DNA from: Nemertoderma westbladi
Taxonomy: Eukaryota; Animalia; Xenacoelomorpha
Direction: 5' to 3'
Length of the DNA: 40,274 bases
Assembly: GCA_032718475.1 (NCBI GenBank)
Contig: JAUCBJ010007435.1
Coordinates: 1-40,274 of the forward strand
Shown: piece by piece, positions 22,844 through 34,979 of the stretch
How the letters are laid out: the number at the start of each line of letters is the position of its first letter
Numbering within the stretch: position 1 is the first letter of the stretch
Program-made: the position numbers and the translations under genes
Notes under the pieces: generated by a model
What the model was told of the DNA's origin: nothing
Database searches by the model: none
The model's input: the letters and a program-made list of their open reading frames with translations, nothing else

Positions 22844-24218
22844 TATTGGAAGTCTCTTGAGTCTCTTCGTTATCACTTGCTTCGGCTGAATCATCTAGTA
22901 AATACTCAACGTAATAAGCATCTTCTGACTCCTCCGCCTCCTGGTACGTCTGGTATTCGCTGACTAGATCGTGAATGTTCGACTCCGCTGACCTAAACTC
23001 CCCCTCATCCATCCCCTCCCCGGTGTACCAATGCAGGAAAGCCTTGCGTCGAAACATCGCAGAAAACTGCTCGACAACGCGTTTAAACAGCTCCTGAATA
23101 GCTGTGGTATTGGCGATAACTGTTGAGGACATATCCAAACCTTTAGGGGCGATATCGCAACAAGCTGTCTTAACGTTGTTAGGAATCCAAGTAACAAAAT
23201 AATCAGGGCTTCTAACCTGAACGCCCAACATCTGTTCGTCAACTTCTTTCATTGATACGCATCCTCTGAACACTGCCGCCACGGTTAGGTACTTTCCCCG
23301 TCTCGGGTCTGCCGCAGCCATAATGTTCCTAGCATCGAACATCTGCTGCGTCAATTCAGCGACAGTTAGATTCACATAGGACTGAGTGCCACGGGCCAAG
23401 ATAGGGGCGAATCCCGGAATAAAGAAGTGTAATCGAGGGAATGGAACCATGTTCACTGCGAGTTTACGCAGATCCGCATTGAGTTGCCCGGGAAATCGGA
23501 AACAAGTAGTGATTCCCGACATCGTCATGGAAATTAGATTGTTTAGGTCGCTGTAGGTCGGAGTAGCGAGTCGCAGTGTTCGGTTGCATATTTCATAGAG
23601 GGCCTCGTTGTCGATGCAGTGCGACTCATCCGTGGTCTCAATTAGATCCGATATAGACAGAGTTGCGTTGTACGGCTCCACAACAGTGTCCGATACTTTG
23701 GGACTCGGAATCACCGAATAGGTATTGATTATCCGGTCAGGATACTCATCTCTCAGTGTGATTAACATGAGAGTTCCCAGCCCCGCCCCGGTCCCTCCCC
23801 CCACCGAATGGACGAGTTGTAATCCTTGCAAACAGTCGCAGTATTCAGCTTCCTTGCGCACCACGTCCATCACGTCTGGCAGCAGTTCAGCACCCTCAGT
23901 GTAGTGACCTTTGGCCCAATTGTTTCCCGCTCCGTTCTGCCCGTACACGAAGTTACTAGGTTTGAACAACTTTCCGTACGATGAACCTTGGATGGCATTC
24001 ATCGTTCCGGGTTCTAGGTCCACTAGAATAGCTCGAGGTACGTATTTTTTCCCGGGAGCTTCATTGTAGTAAACGTTAATGCGTTCTAACTGTAGAGGAC
24101 TCTCGCCTATGTACTTTCCCTTTTTATCGATACCGTGTTCTTCGCTCACTACCTCCCAAAAATTCCGGCCTATTTGATTCCCACACTGACCAACTTGCAT
24201 GTGAATAATCTCCCTCAT
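22839..24218 (-). CDS. TUBB: Divergent beta-tubulin, 459 aa, single coding exon
   Basis: MREI N-terminus, [70 protein letters not shown]. Confidence 0.97.
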   Translation of the reverse strand: MREIIHMQVGQCGNQIGRNFWEVVSEEHGIDKKGKYIGESPLQLERINVYYNEAPGKKYVPRAILVDLEPGTMNAIQGSSYGKLFKPSNFVYGQNGAGNNWAKGHYTEGAELLPDVMDVVRKEAEYCDCLQGLQLVHSVGGGTGAGLGTLMLITLRDEYPDRIINTYSVIPSPKVSDTVVEPYNATLSISDLIETTDESHCIDNEALYEICNRTLRLATPTYSDLNNLISMTMSGITTCFRFPGQLNADLRKLAVNMVPFPRLHFFIPGFAPILARGTQSYVNLTVAELTQQMFDARNIMAAADPRRGKYLTVAAVFRGCVSMKEVDEQMLGVQVRSPDYFVTWIPNNVKTACCDIAPKGLDMSSTVIANTTAIQELFKRVVEQFSAMFRRKAFLHWYTGEGMDEGEFRSAESNIHDLVSEYQTYQEAEESEDAYYVEYLLDDSAEASDNEETQETSNK

Positions 24219-24296
24219 TTTGACAATATTTTTTAGAATTCCAAGAAATTCTCAGACAGTCTGAAAAATCTCGGCGTAAAAGCTCATGGGCATATT

Positions 24297-24304
24297 CTTT
24301 TATA
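24297..24304 (-). promoter_or_regulatory. Candidate TATA box (TATAAAAG) of the beta-tubulin gene
   Basis: Consensus TATAAAAG about 80 bp upstream of the ATG on the coding strand. The AT-rich background weakens the call. Confidence 0.4.
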
Positions 24305-27300
24305 GGATAAACTTGAATTTTTTTAGAGGGTTGCATGGTTATTTATTCAATAGACCCCTACTGGAATATCTATGAACGTATGTAAGCTACATAAATAAAA
24401 CAACTACCTACGATTACTAAAAGTAAACTAATTAATTCTAGAATCGCGCTTGCACTAGTAGTTATGGATAATCCCCACTGTTACATAATGGAACCTGGTA
24501 GTATTGGAATTAATACTCAAGGTACAACATTACTTTTCTTTTTTAATTTGGAATGTTATATTCTAGAAGGCCATATTTTGAATACTTAAATGAAGTGTCC
24601 ACTTAATGTTGAGGGACATTTGAGTATCTCGCCCTACGAATATAAAATGTATGTTGCTAAGGATGTATCCGTTATCATTTCAGCCAATTTATTTATCCAC
24701 TAAATTGAACGTAGTCAATAAATATTAAATATGGACCAATATAATCGCTTTTAGCAATATATATACTGTATATATATAGAAATTATTTTTTTTACTTTTA
24801 TATCAATTAAATATAACTATTTCTATAAATTAAATTACAATACATAAATTATTAGGATACAAGAGTGACAAATATATACAATATAATTAATCTCCGGAAA
24901 TTGTTAAATACTGTATTACGAGCAGGCAAACTAAAATATTACCAACTCAAATGGTATTACTATTAATAAATTACTATTGATATAACTTTATAAATAATAA
25001 TAAATTTCACATTGCAAAACATGCCATAATTTGCTACCATATATCTAACAACAACAGAACATGGTACTTAAAATATTTATAACAGAACTGACCCTGTGGC
25101 CCCAAAGGAAATGGACACCTTCCTATTTCCTAATGCTTAGAATTACAATAATTGTTGCAAGTCACTTTTTTTGTCAAGTTCGTTAAGAAGTTTGACAAAA
25201 AAAAGAACACTTTCTAATGCTCGAATTAAATTCCAAAGTAAATTCCATGACATTAATAATAATATTTAATTTAAATAGTTAGCGCTGATGGTATCCACAG
25301 GTTATATTCTAGAATATTTTAATATATCATGTATATCATGAATATATTATGTATTCTATCGATTCCAAGAAAAAATTGCTGTGAAAAAACAATAAAACAC
25401 TTTTTCAAATCATAATAAATAAATTGAAAACCAAAATACCACTTCTGAGTCACGAAACTAAAACATCGAAAACTCGTTGCTTCTAATATTTTACTGAATA
25501 ATAAAATATAAATAATCAATTTTATTATGTGAAAAACTTTTGTGATTGTGCAACTAATAGGTGCGAGATTCAACACATTTATTTATATCAATGATAAGTT
25601 TATTATTACGTCTCTAATTCTAATTGATTACATTAATATTGATTGTCTTTATGCAGATTGGCCCAGGACGCAGGTCCAATGTCCCCAACGTCTGAGATAT
25701 CGTATAAAAATAACTGAGATCTAAATAAAATGCGTTACCACATGTAGTGGCTAATTGAATCGCAATTAACTACAAAAAATAAACTATAATCCAAAACAAC
25801 CAGAATAAAACAGAAACTTTTGAATTGAACCAAAAATTAACCAAAAAATCCTGAAGGTATAATTAAATTTGCCAGAGTAGACCTATAATTATACTAATTA
25901 TATTACGACATAGTCGCGGAAATAAATAATGTTATTTGAGAAGGAGTTTAAAAAAATGTATCGTTAGTGCTTATGCAATTTTTGCCTCAATTCAACTTTA
26001 AATAATTTTACAGTTACAACTAACTTACGTAATCTGCAAACGTAATATGTTCCCGCCTCAATTGAACGTCACATAACCTCAGCCCACTCCACCGAGAATA
26101 AAACTGTTGGTAATTTTAGCAGGCAGGCCTACCCATGAGAAATATTTAACTCCTTATCAATTATTCCTCATGGCAAAAGTGGGATGTGGCACAGCACCGG
26201 CATCTCTGTGAATCCACCGTCACTATCCCCTAAAACTGATTAAAATTTAAAAAACCCACGACACTTCTCTAGAGGCGTCCCTGCTCTTTTCTCAACTATC
26301 ATTACATTTATAGGTAATTCAGTAAACAAAACATCCTAATAATGTATGTAATATTAAATAAATAACAATTTGAGCTTCAAAAACTGATGCCACCTTCACA
26401 CGAGTTACTTTTATTGCGAAATTTAATTAGATAAGGCCCCCTCACGTACAAGACCAACTTTTGTCCAGCAGCCTACATATTTCTAAGTAATTCAGAAAAT
26501 ACAATTTGCCGCAACAGAAGTTGCTTGTTGAGAATGAACAATTACTTGTTTTAGGGGAAAAAAAGTTGCTCGAATGACGCAGTACGGTACGGTAGGTAGG
26601 CCTACACAGTATACAGAATTCAAACATTTATGAATTACCGGTACTATTCTACTGTAGGTCAAAAAAATTAACGTATTAAATTTAAATTTAGCTTCAGACA
26701 TTTCTTTTGTGGGTAGGATTCATTGTAAGATTTACAACCCACAATATTGTAAGAAGGTATCAACCACTAGAATGTAACTCACCAAAACATAAAAACATAC
26801 ATAATTTTTCTAAAAATATATATTTCACACGCAAATGTGCTAGCTCTCATCATAATGTGTGACCGTTTGTGTGTTGGTGTGAATAAATGACAATTACCAT
26901 TATCAATATTAAATTATTAACTAAACTCCACGAATAACTTGAATAAATCGTTATCGATATTATTAACTATCACCGTGTGTATTTCTCGATCCAGTAGTTT
27001 TTCAGTTGTGTCTCTCTATTTGTGGATCAGCGATAGTTCATTTTCGCTCATTTACTTACAACCCCTAAAATATTAACTTTTGCGAACCAATCAACTTCAC
27101 GATATAATTACTTTATTTATAAGTGGTACAAACGTGAGATATAGTTGAGTATTTGGCCAAAACAACGTTTTGCTATGCAGAGAAATATGATACAGTAAAG
27201 TTAATCTTTATATTTTTTAGATAGAGGCCTACTTCTTACCAGTATTGATTGGGAAAATAAAATTAATCATAATAATTGTTTAGAATCACAAATATAGAAT

Positions 27301-29954
27301 ATTATTTTTTTGTTAGAGGTTGCCAATTCGGAAAGTGAACTATACGCTGTGCCATCAAACATCTTAAAAAAAGTTTACTGCAGCAATTAATGTCCCTTAA
27401 ATTTTACATACCGCATCTTAATTTCGTTAAAAATTATATATGCGGATTGTCCTACAATTACAATTGTAACAATATAATATAAATATATCCAATGCAGATA
27501 TTGCAGTATAAACTACATAGTACATAGGTATGGTAGGTCTATCTATTATACAATAAATAAACAAATAAATAATATTAAATATGAAATACAATTTCACAAG
27601 ACCATGACCCACTATAATAAGACCTTATAAGGTGCAGCAGGCTAACTAAATTAGTGGCATACTTCTTATTTTTTTTATCATTGTGATATTTTACAGTAAT
27701 TATATTTATAAAGAAATTCTTGTACGGCCTATGTTAATATGGTTGGTTAGTTGGATATTATGGGTAATTTAATTCAAATTTATTAAATTGTATTTAAATA
27801 ATTATTGTTATCATGTTGTTGCCATGGTAACGGATGGCAGATTTCAAATAATTATGTTTCAAATTGTTTCAAATTGGCGACAGTTAGTTGTCGCCAATGG
27901 GGTTCAAACGAAATATTTAAAAATTTTGAAAATTGTTTAATGAGGGTGTATGTAGGAAAGGGTGTAATAGTTATTTGCTCGGGTACGAGAAGAAAATACT
28001 CCTTGGTCCGATCTAATATATTTTTCTTGGTCCTTTGGAGGTAAAATCTACGTAATTTATCTTTGATACGCAAATGGTTTATATTTCCATGAACCTTATC
28101 CATCATATTCATCTAACCATATAGTAAAACTAAATATAATAGACTATATTAACTCTACCCATATCATTTCTTCATAAAATATAATAAAAATTAATTAAAA
28201 ATAAATTTAATTATATTTCGTAAAATATAATTAAAACAGCGCAGTTGTAAAAAAAGAAAAAGTTGGCCAACAAAATTGGTTTACTTTCTATTTAAAAAGG
28301 TAGCAGGGTAAGTATTGTGCAAATGAAATTTGAGATGTAAAATAGTTGTTTTAATATTTTCCCCTACTGTATGTCAACTTATCAGCGTCCTTGTGATGAT
28401 GGAATCGCTGCAAAGTAAGCAATAACAATAAACTCCCAGAACGGGTCGTGTGTAAAACTTATCCATTGTTCTAACTTGGATGAACCATTGTATGCTAAGT
28501 GTAAGATTGTTTACCATGCGATTGGTTTAGTAGGCCTACCTTAAATTGATTGCCTACATTTTTATGAATTACATAAATTTTACTAAACATTACAATATTT
28601 AGGTAATTAATTAAATGTTTACAACCCCGACATAATGTCACAAAATGTCGTATATCTTTCTATGAAAGGGCATTCAGTGTTAAATACCCTAATAATTGTT
28701 TATTTATGAAAACTTCCCTCGCTGCGCTCGCTAGGTAGGCTTCACACGATGATGTAAATAACAATTATAACAGATTGCAGCCGTTGGTTGCAGCTGTTGG
28801 TTGTAGATGTATTTTAAAATCCATTTAATTTTTGGTATAAATTCATATAGTTTGCACGAATTAGATTATCCTTTACAAGAATGGCGGATTCCCATTTGGT
28901 CGAATAAACAAAATGCATTTAAATAAAGGTTGGAAATTTGAGGAAAATTATTAACAAATAAATAATATACGGATAGATGATTAAACTATAATTAATTATT
29001 CTGGTGCAAATTAATTACTAAAGTGTCTATACGGATATATTGCTGGTTCTAATCGTCACTAAAATACTGTGTGATTTCACACGAAAAATATGAAATAATA
29101 TATACCGGAATATAAAACAAGGTATTATTAAACAAAACTAAATACCATTCACACAATAGGTATATTGCAACAGTAAAAATGCAGAATATTAATGACAAAA
29201 AAACTTAAAACAGTGTTTTTATTTGGAGAAGCATTTTTTTGTTTCAGCTCTACTCAATACAACGACCAAATAATGTTAATTGGATTTACATTCAATAAAA
29301 TTTCCTGTGAGGATCTTTGCCTGGGTTACAATGAGGATGGGCCGGTTTAACTGCACACTATGGTGCAATGAACCACTGGTGGAACAGGGTATCACCCTAC
29401 AGAAGCAATATCTAATATTTTCCGGATTATGTTACGCAGTAATGAAAGTGGAAGAAATAGACCTGGCGGGTAGCCATCAGTCACATATGTTCGCAGAACT
29501 TAACAATGTTATGCAAGGAGATCCTGCAACTGCATGGCCTAATGGGCGTTGTTTCGAGAAGTGCCGATTATGGCTCCAGTGCATCTATGTACACGTGTAT
29601 ATCATAAGTATCATAGTTAACAGAGCACAATGTCTCCGATTGCACGCTTCTACGCAATACTACTGGCCAAATAAACTCAAACTTACTGATAATACAGTAA
29701 TTATCAATTCAAACAGAAATAAATACACATACAAAATGCTGTGTTTAAAAAAAAGTTGTCGATAAATTAATTAATACGATTAAAAAAAATAATACTTGTA
29801 ATGTAGTCGTAACATGCGGCCCATAGACTAACCGTATTCAATACTAAAAGTTTTTACTTGTAGCACCGACACTATACATCATTGTGAGTCTGCAAATCCC
29901 GACGTCTTGCAATTACCTGATTGACAGATGCTAAAATCCTCAAACCCATTCTCT

Positions 29955-30134
29955 TTACGGCTCTAAAAGGTTATGCCATCTCGTGATCACATTGCCTTTG
30001 CCTTCTAACATTTCATTCCAGTGATGTAATTCATCACTACTCGAGTTCTGTAACCCTAAACTAATCCATCCGATTAAGTCTTTCTTTATGGATATTGTCT
30101 TCTTTGCCTTTACTGATATCATTAATGTCACCGG
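29955..30134 (-). CDS. SYT14: Synaptotagmin-14/16-like, last exon (PVTLMISV…LIGWISLGLQNSSSDELHHWNEMLEGKGNVITRWHNLLEP*)
   Basis: Matches the SYT14/16 C2B end (IGWISLGLNSSGEEELNHW…RWHxLLE). Acceptor tttgtAG, phase 0. Not in the ORF track. Confidence 0.9.
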   Translation of the reverse strand, partial: PVTLMISVKAKKTISIKKDLIGWISLGLQNSSSDELHHWNEMLEGKGNVITRWHNLLEP

Positions 30135-30249
30135 CTACAAATGAAGCAGAATGGGTTACATACAACATAAACATCACATGGTTTATTGAACGTACAGTAG
30201 TGTAGTAAGTTGTAATTTGAAGTGATATTCATGTTGTATGTACTGTAAG

Positions 30250-30490
30250 TAGAACACGTTCGTGAGACCTTCGCGCACACGTAGGTCTATATGAACCTTT
30301 GCGTAGAGCTCAATTAGTGAACATAGTCATTCGCCCCCTAGCTGACGACAGATGAACTATAGAAGTCTGCCTGTGTTTAGAATTTCTAAACTTTATATAG
30401 ACTACATGTGTGTCAAGTTTTGGTTCTATTTCATCAGAGATTGGCCGACTTATTAGCGTTCAAAGTTTTCCATCGACGATGACAGACGAG
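30250..30490 (-). mobile_element. Degenerate copy of the DINE-1/Helentron-like element at 33975-34595
   Basis: Shares the terminus aacacgttcgtg…cttcgcgca…cacgtag and the core (gtctgtc…tttgaacgc…gaaccaaa-ctt) in the opposite orientation. The same terminus occurs at about 22368. Confidence 0.6.
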
Positions 30491-30770
30491 TCCACTAATT
30501 ATACCCCTGTGTGCGGGTACACTAAGCCTCGTCTAGTCTTACGTGGGCCTTAAAAATGGGAAGAGGGAAGATGCTGTATAATTAATGACTCATGTAAGGA
30601 AATAAGACTAGAACAATAATGGTAATACAAACTTACCAGTAAGTTATTTTGGTGGTGGTGCTACACCAATGATACAAACTTACCAGTAAGTTATTTTGGT
30701 GGTGGTGCTACACCAATGATACAAACTTATCAGAAGTTATTTACGAGGAATACGAATGATATAAACTTAC

Positions 30771-30901
30771 CTGAAAGTTATTGACTTGGAACACAAAGGT
30801 TTCCATGTAGGAGGGGTTGGGTTGATTCTTTCTGGAGGAGGTTTTGCTTTGAGCCAATCGGGTTCCGGTATCTGAGAGAAGGACTACTTTCACATAAGTT
30901 T
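30771..30901 (-). CDS. SYT14: Synaptotagmin-14/16-like exon (ETYVKVVLLSDTG…QPNPSYMETFVFQVNNFQ)
   Basis: Matches SYT14 DTYVKLTLL…GQPNPVYKETFVFQVALFQ. Boundaries ttgcAG and CAG|gtaagt, phase 1 to 0. Confidence 0.92.
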
Positions 30902-31199
30902 CTGCAATGAATAAGACAAATATCTCATAAGATATGATAGTGTTTGTGTTTAGGTATGTGAGTTGCACCTCAGGCTCACTTGAGATAAGTGCCTAAAAAT
31001 AACAGCCGTTTGTTATTTCTAATCAAAATAGCAACCGTTGGTATGCCATTTACCATTTACGTAACGTTACAGCTTTTTTTTCCTAACTTTTACAGCTGTC
31101 AGTACCTAACCGGTGAAACTGTATGTATCTAACCGGTGTAGCTGTTTGTACCTAACTGGTGTAGCTTTCTCGCTAACAGTTACAGCTGTCGGTACCTAC

Positions 31200-31374
31200 C
31201 CGGTGGAGCTGTCTGTAGGTCCTGTAGATTGGACCCCCTCTGTACCGCGACGCTCAACCGATTGGTTATCTCGCTGTAGCCCAGGCCCACCTGCAGCTGG
31301 GGAAGCCCGCCGTGCTGCAGCGACTGGAGACTCGAAGTCGAGGAAGTTTCCGAGGCCGTCGGTGAATCCGGTCT
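31200..31374 (-). CDS. SYT14: Synaptotagmin-14/16-like exon (RPDSPTASETSSTSSLQSLQHGGLPQLQVGLGYSEITNRLSVAVQRGSNLQDLQTAPP)
   Basis: Matches SYT14/16 QSLxHGGxPELLVGLxYNxTTGRLSVEVIKGS. Boundaries ttttcAG and G|gtaggt. The frame differs from the ORF-track call. Confidence 0.9.
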
Positions 31375-32399
31375 CTGAAAACGAAAATATCAAAAATATA
31401 CACCGTATTTGATTTTGAATAATATCCAGATTTTACTGGCACTTTTATCCCTTATCAATCAAAAGGTTCACCTGAAAATATCATGAAATGAAAAATTTAA
31501 TGAAACTTCCGGACGAACCGGTATTATAATAGATAAAATATTATTATATATACACAGTAGATACACACAGTTTATCATTGGCAGTAGGTAATCAGACAAA
31601 AATAACCAAGGTAAATGCACGCAAATGTATTAAAGCAAATAACGCAACATGGAATAGTAAAAACAATTAATAAAACTTTGGTGAAACTGTAATGAGACAT
31701 CATACTGCACATGTATCTGCTAAAGTATTCTATCTCGAAGGATCACCGCCATAACGATTTAGGTGGTGGGGGGGGGGGGGGGGGGTAGTGGGTCGTAGTG
31801 CGAAAGTACTCACGAATGGCAGAGTGCAGGTAGAAGTGTTTATAATAGGAGTTTCTGCGACTGGGTGAATATCAAATTAGGTGGATATCAAATTAGTAAA
31901 CCCCATAATACTGTATGAGAGTATTCTAGCTCTTTTCTCTTCAAAGCTGATCGTTTTGAGTGTGAATGTAGTTGTAATGAAATTTAAGCTGATCAGTTCA
32001 CGATATGTAGGCCTGGCAAGGGAAATGCGCGACAGCAACTCACCTTTAGAATATGTAAAGTTAAGGGCAGAAAGCAAGTCAGGTAACGCGTATATTGAAC
32101 GCGCGCGCGGTGTTGTAGCCACAAAAAGTGCCGCAGTGCAACGATACGACGCTCTGGGGCGCGCGCACATTGCACAACATTGCAAACCGACAGCTTAGTT
32201 GTAGATACCGGCTTGTACAGCTCAATATGCGCAGGACAAACCCACCCACACACTACCGCAGTACAGCAATCGAGATTGGCACAAGATTAGCGACGTAGTA
32301 AAGAGTGCAAGCGGCCAAGGTGTAGTAAACCTCTTAGCGACCTGCGGTAGGGTGCATCCAAATCGTCACAATCAGTGTAGGTAAGAGAACCTATACTGA

Positions 32400-32875
32400 A
32401 TTTTAATCAATGTGTGGTAGCATGTGTGGTCCCACAGTCGGAAGACCACCCTAGGGGGAAGCCAGCTAGTTGTCCAGCCTCGAGTGTGAAATGTTTGAGA
32501 GTAGTAAGCTACCAGCCTGATAGAATTCTTAAGGGTTACTTTGGAGTTCAATTGTTCATTGTGTCAAGTACAATGCACACATCTCCAACCAGACACTATA
32601 TAACATTGGAGGTGTCTCATTGGTTCCCCCAAGCTTGACACTAGAACAAAATCGCCTCCGATTTGCAGGACATTGCTTTCGCGTGAGGACCAGCCAGTGC
32701 ATAATCTTGTACTTTGGCAGCCTCATGGAGTGAATAAGCATTGTGGACAGCCCATGACTTTCTTGAGACGCATCTTAAAGGACACTGGCCTTGAAGATGC
32801 GGATGATCTAGCAAATGTCATGGGTGATAGGGAGTTGTGGTGGCGCAATTTTGTCGACAAGCCGGCACAGCATTC
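32400..32875 (+). mobile_element. RTE-like LINE 3' fragment
   Basis: With a frameshift it reads NRLRFAGHC…PVHNLVLWQPHG…LKDTGLED…MGDRELW, typical of RTE ORF C-termini. Confidence 0.65.
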
Positions 32876-32899
32876 TTAAAAATGCAGCTGCAATGCAGC

Positions 32900-33280
32900 A
32901 TGCCGATCCTAGTAGTAGTAGTATTTTGGAGTTCGATGAACTTGTTAGGTTGTATCCTAAGATGGTAAGGGCGGATCTTCTTTCTACAAAGGATCCACAT
33001 ATGTTAATAAAGCAGGGTTTATGACCTGGATCATGGACGCTGTCGACTACAATCCTGGCGGTTTTGGAGGGCTCAAAGCTAAGAAGGACTCGTCCACTTT
33101 GTCACTTAAAATCATTGCCATACGTTCGAGATCAGTGGCCGAGGTGCTAAGTAAGAGGAAGTCATTGCCATATACTATGGCACCTATCCACACTGGGTCG
33201 ACACGTCAACCTAAGTTGGAACTCTCTAAAGTCGCAGTTATATCAGCCGTGTATAGGTTAAAGAACGTTGGTGTAGAGCC
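32900..33280 (-). mobile_element. Decayed non-LTR reverse transcriptase fragment
   Basis: Minus strand reads TPTFFNLYTADI…LG*…IGAIVYGNDFLLLSTSATDLERM, corresponding to SPxLFNLY…YADDxxLL with the catalytic motif decayed. Confidence 0.7.
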
Positions 33281-33974
33281 TTGCTTTTATAATAATAATA
33301 ATAATAATAATAATATATTTTGTATAGCACCTTTCTGGGCGTGTTTCAAGGCGCTGTTTCAAACCGCACGGTTTCGTTCTATTGTGGATGTGAACGGGCT
33401 TTGTACATGCAAAGTTGTTTAGTATTGCATGCATTAATAAGATTTATTCAACATTTGTTTAGGAAAGAAGCGCAGGGGATATAGATAGCCAGTCTGCTAG
33501 GGGATAGCATAGTTTAATTTATTAGTTATCAATTACAACATAGTGACATCACATTGCTTCACATTTGATACATGTTTAATGAGTGGATCTCTAGATCCTA
33601 GGTTATTCTCGAGAGACGACATTCTTGGGCACGTAGACGTAGATTAATTGCATTCCTACGATCCTTCAGGCTATTTTAGATTAATTTTAAAAGCTATCTG
33701 CAATCTCCGGGAAAATAAATATTTCATAAATCCCAATTAGAAATATGTCAGGCTACATCGCGACACAGTGGATCAAAATACCATAAAACATATACAATAT
33801 GCAGCGCGGATAGATTGTAGTTGACAATAATAATTAAAGTTAACGTTTTATCTTTCGAATGATATAAAGACTGGATTTCATTAACTTTTAACAAAGTAAT
33901 TTAAACACAAAACGAGTTATATTTATATGGAACGATCACATTTAGATGTAAGTTTCGGATATTACATACTGTGG

Positions 33975-34595
33975 GGCGAGACACGTAGTCGGCGAGCCTT
34001 TGCATACGGTTCATATAGGGCAAATGGGGCATGTCCGTCTGTCTGTCTGTCTGTCCGTCCGTCCGTCTGGTAAATGTTTGAACGCGAATTTCTCGGCATC
34101 GCTCGTTCGGAATTGAACCAAACTTAGTAGGTAAGTAGTAGAGAGAAAGTTTAGAAAGTTTGTAAAGTTTGGTGAAAAATCATGCAGTCTGACGTCAGCT
34201 ACGACAGATTATGTGGTTTTTAGAAAATGTTAAATTTCTCGGGAAGGCCTCATTTTCCTGAGCTGAAATTTTGGTGGCCTGTAGAGAATCATGAAGTCTA
34301 TCTTTTACGAAATTGAAAAGTTAAGACATTTAATTGGGGATCCGCTAGAGACTCAGAAGTAATGACATAGGCCTACCGGTACGGTACTGCTGTACAGTGT
34401 TGCACTGGTAAGTACGAAATTGCAGAATAACAATTTGACACCACCTAGCGGATTAACATATGATTGTATATCGAATGAATACATTTATAGCATGGGATAT
34501 TGGGTCCAAACTAGACATGCTCCATTTGCTCTATATGAACCGTATGCCAAGGCTTGCCGACTACGTGCTGCGCGAAGTCCCCACGAACGTGTACT
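33975..34595 (+). mobile_element. DINE-1/Helentron-like or MITE-like non-autonomous element with ~55-bp inverted repeats and a (GTCY)n microsatellite
   Basis: cacgtagtcggcgagcctttgcatacggttcatatagggcaaatggggcatgtc (about 33982) is inverted at about 34514-34567. The gtccgtctgtctgtc tract is followed by an aacgcgaatttctc core. Confidence 0.7.
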
Positions 34596-34979
34596 GCTAT
34601 GCGTGCTAACTGGATGTTCTGATCTGGATTGTTATCGAGTGTCTATAAAAACTAGAAATAGAATATAATTACCTTTTATTCCACCACATTAATTAATTAA
34701 CTGATTACCAACCGAAGTTTGAAGAATAAAGTTTGCCATTTATTGCTAAAAATACAGGGCTGGAAGTTTGGCCTACCTACAAATAGCATACGTCCATGTT
34801 CTAATACTGTATTTAGGCTTACAGCTACAGTACCTGTATCCCTTTTCTACATATACCCTTTCATTCATTCATTGTGTCTATAATGAAAATAAATTGATAT
34901 AAAAAGGTAGTAAAAAGTGAACAGCAGGAATAAATCATTGCTTCCTTAGTACAACATAAATCAATAAATAGCCATCCGC

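Noticed and set aside
29280-29765. 161-aa ORF
   Set aside because: TTG start, no recognisable motif and no convincing splice context.
29880-29957. Looked for a stop-anchored array after the synaptotagmin stop codon
   Set aside because: None is visible. Recorded as a counter-example to the main finding (3 of 4 stops, not 4 of 4).
31196-31393. ORF-track peptide MIFSFSETG…
   Set aside because: Wrong frame. The synaptotagmin exon is in another minus-strand frame.
31430-31475. Possible extra SYT exon after a ttttcAG acceptor
   Set aside because: Stops occur in all frames, and exon 38859-38985 already joins exon 31200-31374 in phase.
31766-31785. Poly-G run
   Set aside because: A simple homopolymer of uncertain length with nothing further to support a function.
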